A DNA stretch of 56,232 nt, counting the filler, from Basidioascus undulatus (lineage: Eukaryota), in NCBI GenBank assembly GCA_000826855.1. It is 5 parts of 5 records of this genome, joined end to end, with 100 filler letters (N's around TTAATTAATTAA, not from the genome) between each part and the next. Parts side by side here need not be neighbours in the genome. Positions count along the whole stretch, not along the records: positions 45,073 to 56,232 come from JTLS01001037.1; 4 more parts are not named here. One strand, written 5' to 3'. Below are positions 48,075 through 56,232 of the stretch, one piece after another. A model generated the notes under the pieces. It searched no databases. It had not been told where the DNA came from and saw nothing but the letters and a program-made list of their open reading frames with translations. The position numbers and the translations under genes are program-made. The stretch's first letter is position 1, and every line of letters starts with the position of its first letter.

Positions 48075-49413
48075 TCACCTCTCCCTCCCTCTCCCGTGCC
48101 CCAGATCTTCCTCACTCGGATCCTTCTCTCCCCAATAATCACCTGACGACCCCATCGACCTCTTCTCGACGAGCGAGCCGCCATCTCCCAGGTCCACCAG
48201 ACTCCTCATCGACAAGTCCCCCTTGCTTGACACATCGTCCTTCCCGACCTTCCCTTCCCAGCTCCACTCCTCCTTCTCCGCGTCTGCGTCCGCCCACTCT
48301 TCGTCCGAACCGCTCCGTCGTGAGCCGTCGAGGAAGTGGGACTTGATGCTCGACGCGTCGAGATCGGCGTCGGGCTTCGAGAGCTGGACTTTGATCCTGC
48401 GCCCCGTCACAAAACTTTATCATTCCTAAACCTAACGAGAAGCACAAAATGGAAAGGGGACGGAGGAAAGGTGGAACGCACAAGCTCCCCAGAAACGCGC
48501 CCAGCCGCAAGACCTCCTCAAACTCCTCCGGCTCCGGCTCGCGCTCGCTCCAGCGCGCCCGGGCGATGAGCACCTCGTACCGCTTGAGATAGGGGTCTGC
48601 GGCGGCTGGGAGGAATGAGGTGAGGTAGGGGGGGAGGGCGTCTGAGGGGCGGTGTGGTTCGGCGGAGTGGGAGGGCGGGAGGAGAGATACTTGGGGGAGG
48701 GAGAAGGTTAGATGGAAGGGGCAGGGGATGGGGATGTGGGGACGTACGGAGGTGCGAGAGGTTGGAGAGGATTGTTGAGCGGTAGTGCAGATTTGCGTAG
48801 GGGATGTCTTGGGGAGATTGTCAGGAAAAGGGGGAAGACAGGGCAGGGCAGGGAAGGAGGAGGGTGCGTGGGCGTACTGGGTGGGCCGTATCCCGCTTGG
48901 AGCCCCGAAGTCGGCTGAGAGATGTAGGTTATGATGGCGGCACGGGTGAATTCCTGCGCTATGAGGCGGTGGACCGGCTGTGCGCGCCATGAGGGTTCGA
49001 GTAAGCGCGCAAAGTGGGAGATGAGTAGAAGGACCCCGTCCACTCACACCCGGCACGTCCCCCTTCTTACTCGCGACGAACCCCCTCGGAATCTCCCTCA
49101 TCCCCGCCCTAGCTCCCCACACCCTGCCCAGCGCGATCAGCGCCGAGCACAAGCCGAGGAGGACCAAACAGCCCGCGATGATGGCCACATTCCACCTGCG
49201 GAGGCCGGTAGAATTCCACGCCTGCTCTATGACCCCCCAGAATGCAGCAAGCGTGACGACCTTTTTTTTTAAAAAAAAGTGATTCCCAAAAGGGTAAGCA
49301 GATCGGCAGGGCGGTCACATCTTTTGAAGCCGAATGCAGCTTACTGCGGTGAGCAGGACGAAGAAGACAAAGGAGAGCCGGTAGAGCAACCGCGCTGGGT
49401 GAGGGAGCGCCAT
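48075..49413 (-). CDS. DLT1: Dlt1 (defect at low temperature)-like membrane protein
   Basis: N-terminal TM segments (LYRLSFVFFVLL..., NVAIIAGCLVLLG), then R..M.EIPRGFV....GDVP..VHRLI.QEF.RA.II.....P......GYG.P and YE.L..RARWS.REP...EF. Confidence 0.6.
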
Positions 49414-49763
49414 GGCTCCGGGAGAGCAGGAGCCCTTAATGTTTTATCGTTGATCGTGAGTTGGGAGTGTGACGGGGAGACGAGAAGGAGAGGGGCAAAG
49501 GGCAAGAGGGGCAGGGCGAGAGCAGCGGCAGGCACGAGGGCGTGGAAAGTCGCCGCACATCCTCGCCCTCGACCATCACCATCTTCTCCTCGCTTCACGC
49601 CAGACTGCCACCGCGTGGCTTCACTCACTCTTCTTGCACTGACCTGGTCCGTTCAAATCTAAGCGCTCACCGTGCGCCTATTTCATACCCCGTAATCTCT
49701 CGCGCTCGTCCTTCGATCGTCCTCGACCTTCTTCGTTCATCTTGACCTTCGCACCCAACAAGG

Positions 49764-52700
49764 ATGGGTCGGTTCCTCCCACTCCGATCCCTACTTCCCA
49801 TCACCCTGTACTAACCACTCGCATTCTCTCTCAACAGGTCACGGATCCGACAAGGTCCGCCTATCTCGTTCCGCCTCCCGCCTTCTTCCTCATCCCTGAT
49901 CCCCTTCCCTCCCCTTCCACCCCGCAGTTATACATCACCCACTCCGAATGGTCCGGCGGCCTGGGCGAGCACTCGCTTTCCCGCGGGGCGCGCACGGCCA
50001 AGCGCGAGGCGTTCCAGCGCCTGCCGTTCGACTGCTGCGCGCTCAGCTTGCAGCCGTTCGAGAACCCCGTGGCGGTCAAGGGGAGCGGGACGGTGTTTGA
50101 TCTGGTGCGTTGTCTTTCTTCTCTTTCGGTTATTGATCGACGTGCAGTGGGGTGGAGGAGGGCGCTGATAAGGACGGGGCTGGTGGAAAAGGTCAACATC
50201 ATCCCATACATTCGAAAGTACGGAACGAGTGCGTCCCCTCCAAAATCACACCCCTCGCCTCTTTCTCGCTCTTCCCTTAGCTGAAACCAACCGCCACAAC
50301 CAGACCCAACCACCGGCGCGCCCCTCTCCACCTCCGACCTGATCAAGCTCAACTTCCACAAGAACGCGAACGGGGAGTATTTTGGTGCGTTTCTCCATTC
50401 CCATTTCTCCTCCAATGCCCCCTTCCCTCCTCCTCCTCCTTCCTCCTCTCCACCTCTCTTTTCTTTCGGGCGGACCAAGAACTGATCCCGGATGCGTGAG
50501 CCAGACCCCGTCACCTTCAAAGTCTTCAACGAGCACACGCACATCGTCGCGCTCACTACGTCTGGGAACGTCTTTTCGTGGGAGACGATCGAGAAGCTGA
50601 ATATCAAGGCGAAGCGTGCGTCCTCCCTCCTTTCTTCCATCATTCTTCTCCCTTCCCTTTTCTTTTCCTTCGTTTTCGCTGCCTGGTGGGCGCCGCTGAC
50701 GCTTGGTGTTCTTGGGGGGGAAAAGACTGGAAGGACCTGATCAGCGATCAGCCGTTCAAGCGGTGCGTCCTTAACTGCCTCGTGCATTCCCTTCGCTTGC
50801 TCTCCTTCCTTCTCCGTCCCCTTTTCACTCTATCTCCTGTCTTCTCTCTCTCTTCCGCTCCTCTCAAGCTCACCTCTCCCACCGCCAACTAAAGCAACCT
50901 CTCACCTCCCTTCAACAGCTCCGACATCCTCGTCATCCAGGACCCGCAGAATCTCTCGAACCGAGATATGACCCAATTCGACTATGTCAAGAGCGACAAG
51001 AACGTCACTGTCGAGGGTGAGTCGGGCTTTTCGTTTTTCCTTCCCTTTGTCACTTTCACTTGGCACTTTCCTTTTCACTCTTCTTCATTTTCGAGTCAAT
51101 ACTCCGATCACTGGCTGATCCGGACTGTTGCACATCCTCAGAGGCCCGCAAAGCCCGTGCCGACCCGCTCAGCTCGATCAACCTTTCCGCGACGGGCGGG
51201 GCGTCCGCGGTGCTGCAGCAGCTGGCCGCGTCCAAGGCACGTCTTGTCCTATTTCCCTCCCCTTCCCCCTTCCTATTCCCCCTCAATTTCTCTCTCGTTC
51301 CCTGACGCGTTCACCCGCGCGACCTGCGGTCCCACAGACGGCCGAGGAGCAATCCAAAGAGATCGGCACCGCCGCCGCGGCAGAGGAGGACGAGTCGGCG
51401 AAGCCGGAGCCCGTCGACCCCTCCACCGTCTTCTCGGGCGGGAGCAACAAGCCGTACAACGCCGCGAACTACAGTACCGGCCGCGCGGCGGCGAGTCTGA
51501 CGAGCACGGCGCTCGACCCGAGCTGGAAGAACGAGAGTGCGCTGATCGACGAGGTTCGTTTGCTGGCTTTACTCCTTCCCCTCCGAGGTCTGGAAGAGGC
51601 GGAGGAAGCTGAATGCGATGGCGGGTGGCGGGACGATAGGACGAGTACATGTTTGACGAGATCGCCAAGCTCGCGTCGGGGAAGGGCAAGGAGAAGGCGC
51701 GTGGAAAGGCGTACGTGCGGATTGTCACCAACTTGGGCGCGCTCAATGTTGAGCTGCATTGCGAGCGGGTGCGTCGGACCCCTGCTGCGCCCGCTCCTCT
51801 GTCCCACCTCCCTTGGAGAAGCTGATGAAATGTGTGATGTTGGTGGGCCGTGGGCGCTAGGCACCTAAGACGTGCTACAACTGGCTCATGCTTGCCCGCG
51901 GGGGGAAGTACAACGACGTAGTCTTTCATCGCAATATTCCGGGGTTCATGGTGAGTCTTACTCCTCCTTTTTTCTTCTGATTCGTTGTCGGTTAGTGCTG
52001 AGATGCGATGGACGTGGTTAGATCCAGGGCGGTGACCCGACGGGAACGGGGCGCGGCGGCGAGTCGTTCTGGGGCACACCGTTCCGGGACGAGTACGATC
52101 GGAAGGGCGCGTACAAGCATGTACGCTCTCTTCCCCGTCCCTTTTTCCCTTCCCCGCAAAGTCTGAAAGGTGGCTTTGGTTGAAACAGGACGAGCGCGGC
52201 GTTCTCTCGATGGCTAACTCCGGGGCCTCGTAAGTTTAGTTCACGGAAATAAGAAAGAGCATAGGAGCGGAGGTGGGACTGATTGTGTGGTTTTGGGTTC
52301 GGGGATGAAGGACGAACGGCTCGCAATTCTTCTTTACGTACCGGGCGACGCCCCATCTGGACGGGAAGCACACGGTGTTTGGGTGAGTGCTTGTCTTGCT
52401 CTCTCTGTATCGAGAACACTTAGCTCACGGATGAGGTGGGGACGGATGCGGACAGACGATTGGTCGGCGGGCAGGATATTTTGACCGCTATGGAGCATGT
52501 TCCTGTCGACAAGGCGACGGACCGCCCGAGGAGGACAATCAAGATCGAGAGTGTGCACATGTGCGTTGCTTCCCCTTTCCGTCCTTCCGACCTCTTTTCT
52601 CTTCCCACTCTCCTCCTATTTCGCCTTCTGCGCGAAACGTGATTCGCTGATGTTATGGATCATCGCCTTGGGTACAATCGCAGTTTCGCGGACCCATTCG

Positions 52701-53158
52701 AGGACTATAAAGACAAGCTTGCCAAGCGGTTGAAGCGCGAGCGCGGCGAGTGGACTGAGGACGAGGCGAAGGCGCGCAAGAAGGCGGAGCGGGAGAAGGA
52801 CCGGACGACTTGGTTCGTCACACTTCCTTTCCCTCGTCATAATCTCCGCCAATTCTGACAATGCTTCATGTACTCTCGAATCAGGTTCGGCACGCAGCTC
52901 GGCGAAAAGACCGGCCGGATAGCGATCAAGCCACCCGCTGCGGCACCCAAGCCGAAGCCCTCGCTCGCAGCGGCGGACGACCCGCTCGCAGCCCTGCTCG
53001 GCGGGTCCGGGGCGGGCGTGGGCGTGGGGAAGTACCTGGGGCAAAAGCGCTCGGCGGAGGAGGTGGAGAGGGAGGAGAGGGGAAAGGAAAAGGAGGTGGG
53101 GAGCGCTTATGTGAAGAAGAAGGCGAGGGGCGGGTTCGGGGACTTCCAGGGGTGGTGA
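49764..53158 (+). CDS. PPIL2: U-box cyclophilin PPIL2/Cyp60 (peptidyl-prolyl isomerase-like 2), many exons
   Basis: [131 protein letters not shown], and C-terminal GFGDFQGW*. Confidence 0.95.
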
Positions 53159-54003
53159 CAAGATAAGAGAAAACAGATGGTGGGATGCTGGGCGGGCGGA
53201 GAGATGGGATCCTTATGCGTTTGCATATATACGTTATACGTATGCGAGGACGTGCACCAGTCTAGGCTGCAGAGCCTCCGCTTGCTGACATGCGATTCCT
53301 TCTGCACGACCAGTGTCCTGTATACGCGCTTGCCTTTTCCTGTTACTTTGAGCTGCGGGGCTAGTTGGCAAGGGTGTATGCGAAATACAAGAGGTCGTGG
53401 GGCCGTCTCCATTGACACGGCGTGACCCTGCAGGTCGCACGCTGGAATAGCACGCCGGTTCACGCAGTGTGCTAGACTAGGCTTTGAAAGACGGAAACTG
53501 GTGAACTCCATTTGTTCATCTTTCTCTTCGCACAGGAAACAGTACACATGACCTTACGAATTTATGGCTAAAACGCCCAACTTTGCCCAAATGTTGCCAT
53601 CCTTCCATGCCCGATTGGCGAGGTCCGGAAAAGCCGCGTTTTAACCGTTGTTGTCTGCCTGTTGCTTTGTGCTTTGCAGACGGTGAAGAGGCTCGAGCGT
53701 GTCCAGCTCGAGCTCACTGCGAAAGCGGTGCCTTTGGGCCTCTCACATGACCATTGGCCCGCATGATGTCGACTCTTCGATAAATTGCGCATCAGTGTTG
53801 CGGAGCAAAAAATAGTATGGCTGTACAGGATACACATTGTTCAGGGGATGAGGCGGTGAAAGGACCGGGCCGGCCCAAACCGGCGAGCGATTCAAAGGTC
53901 GGGCCCATCTCACAAAACATCAACTCAGCGCATCTTTCTCTCGTAATACTGGTTCTCGTCATATCGATTGAAGACCCATCATCGCGACATGGGTAGCGCC
54001 GGC

Positions 54004-56232
54004 ATGGCTTCAGACGACAAGAAACCGCCGGCGGAAGGAAACGCGCCGCCGGCGTATTCCACCTCGACGGCCTCGATGGCCTAGGCTTCCGCATCCTCCC
54101 CCTCGTACTCGCACTCGAACGGGCTGTCTGTGCCACCCGCAGCCTCCGCAGACATCCCTGACGCTTTCCTAGTGGGCGCGAAGCCGACGCTGCCGCTCGT
54201 TTCGGCGTCCGAAGTCCTCGCGCACCTGCGTCTTCTCGGCGCATTTCACGCTCTCGAGCGCTCGATCTCAGGCCCCACATCTTCCGAAGGCGGATCGAGC
54301 CCACCACAAGCGGTCAGGCGCCGCGTCTTCCTGCACCAGGCGCTGTTGGCGCTTCGAGATCTGGATCAAGCGTGTCGTTCAGCCGCGCGGTGAGCGCGAT
54401 AGGCCGCTCAGGGACGAGGAGATCCCCCCGCTCGACGTCCTCCTCGTTTGGCACGCATACCTGCTCAACCCGCGCGTATATGAAGACGACACGGCCCGGG
54501 TCTACCCGGAGCTCGCTCGGCTCGGAGGAATGCCGCTAGAGCGTATTGTACGTGGCTACTTCACTCCACCATCTCCCTGTTCTCTATCCAAAGCTGACAA
54601 GCATCCCTCCACCCCGGACATCCGCTCTTCTATAGGCGACTCAAATCGACCCCGTCACGCTCACATTAAATCGCACGCCCACGCAGGACGCCTTCTGGGC
54701 GCAGACCACGCTCGCCCCTGCGTCGCCGCTCTCGCTCTCGCTCACGTCTCGGGATGAGCTAGCCGTGGAATGTCCTCGCTGCGCCGGGCCGCCTGTGCGC
54801 GTCGCGTGGCTGCGTGAGCCCGTTCTGGCGCCGAACGGACACGCCGTGGGCGCGGGATGGTGTCAGAACGATTTCCGGACTACCTGCGGAAGTTGTGGGT
54901 TCGAGATAACCGTGCGTGGGAGGGGGGCTTTGGCAAACTAATGAGACTTCACATGCTGACTTTGGTTTCTGTTGCTTGTGTGTGTCCGTGGGGGCGCAGA
55001 GGGAAGCGATTGCGGTTGGCCGGTTCGCAGCAGACATCGTCAAGGCCTTCGAAGACAAGAAGGCCGTGCTCCCGTACGCTCCACTGCCTCTTCAGGACAG
55101 CCCTCAACCCTCTCAAACTTACCTGCGGCGGTCTCCCCATTCTTCCTGCAGCGGCACTCTCTTCGATCCAATAGACTGCACCTACTCGCGCGCCACTGCT
55201 GAACAGCTCACACTCTTCTGCTCCAGCCCTTCGTCGACCTCCCCTGGACCGCGCAGGCCATCGGGGAGCACCTCAACTGGTCGTACGCCAGGATCGAAGC
55301 GAGCATGACCGAGGCGCAAAGCATCCTCCGGCGTCGCTCTTGCCCGACTGAGCGCCCGCGCGGCGGAGAAGCTCGAGAAGACCGGGCTGCCGGTGGGAAG
55401 GGAGGGAAGGGAGCTTGGGACGAGGATCAAGGAGGCGCAGGACGCGATCGAGTTGCATAAGTTGAGGTCGACCTGGCGGTCTTTCCGTCCTAGGTGCGTC
55501 GGTGCTGGGTTCTGCTCGGCCACAGCACGCTCACACTCGCGCTTCCTATTCCTTGCTCATGCAGGATCGCGAAGATGATCTCGGCCTACCGGGACAACGC
55601 AGCGCCGTTCTCACTCAATCTTGTCGGCGCTGTAAGGTCCCGTCAGCTTCCATCATCTTCCCGCTGCTGCTCACCTTCGTGCCTTCTTTCCTTTTTCGTC
55701 GTGTCAGGTCCTCCGTCAAATGACCTTCACCACTAAAGCCTACAACCTGGGTTGGCTCGACCCATCCAACTTCGCCTCGCCGCTCGCGCAGTCCATCACA
55801 CGCTACCACAACTTCCTGCACCTTCTCGCGCGCTACCCGCACCACTTCCTCGTCCCTACGCTCGACATCGACCTCGGTTGGCACACCCACCAGCTTGCGG
55901 GCTGGCGCTACATGGACGACATGAAGCAGTGCGTGGGGAGGTACATTGACCACGACGATCGTGTCGAAGAGGGCGTACTGTGTGCGTTCTTCCTGCATCT
56001 TTTTGTTCGGTTTCCACACTTGCCTGACCACCGCGCCTACTGCCTTACAGCGAACGGCTTCGACACGACTTCCCGGCTCTGGGAAGAGACCTTCCGCACA
56101 CCGTACTCTTCCTGCCCGCCGCTCTCGGAACCCCGCGCTAAGACCATCACACGCCTCGCTCGACGTCTGTCCTCCACCTTCACGAAGGACCCGCCCGCCG
56201 CCCCCCCTCTCGACCCGACGACCTTCCCCTCC
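54004..56232 (+). pseudogene. DUF1399 / glycine-rich-domain (GRDP)-like gene with nonsense and frameshift lesions; runs off the window end
   Basis: HLRLLGAFH, WRFEIW, PPLDVLLVWHAYLLNP, CPRC..CGSC and RY..FL.L.......VPTLDIDLGWHTHQL...IDHDD motifs; in-frame TAG at 54082-54084, an extra base near 54346 and further frame changes near 55212 and 55325. Confidence 0.8.

Noticed and set aside
48139..52079. Long ORFs (268-349 aa) in the ORF track overlapping DLT1 and PPIL2
   Set aside because: Intron read-through or antisense shadows caused by high GC3 and stop-poor CT-rich introns; the spliced genes explain them.

Overview
Intron-rich, GC-rich fungal genomic DNA, most consistent with a basidiomycete (GTGCGT/GTACGT/GTGAGT donors, CTGAC/CTAAC branch sites, short introns, gene families); the species cannot be determined. 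The window is five contigs of similar size (11,186, 11,180, 11,137, 11,169 and 11,160 bp) joined by artificial 100-bp N44-TTAATTAATTAA-N44 linkers, so adjacency across gaps is meaningless and several genes are cut off. Recognisable spliced genes: MPO1-like, RNR2, RPL2/uL2, DUF1992/DNAJC28-like, peptidase M50B-like, Con-6-like, PAT1, UNC-93-like MFS transporter, SEC53/PMM, RRP4, KIC1-like kinase, NIPA-type transporter, short CBS/CYS4-like enzyme, Mid2-like membrane protein, a nucleoporin-like fragment, EVE/THYN1, DLT1-like, PPIL2 and a disrupted DUF1399 gene. Between them lie several decaying genes (F-box-like, MYND, possibly Elongin A and MDR dehydrogenase). The most interesting signals are (1) a dense cluster of MCB (ACGCGT) cell-cycle boxes inside RNR2 introns 1-2, (2) two convergent genes that run into each other in exact antisense codon register (real overlap, deletion or chimera), (3) a GC-AG intron splitting the PLP-lysine codon of the CBS-like gene, (4) 8- and 10-nt microexons in SEC53 and (5) a pair of related decayed F-box genes with an HPLAY motif. 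All family calls are by-eye motif recognition, not database searches. No tRNA, rRNA, CRISPR array or recognisable transposon was found.
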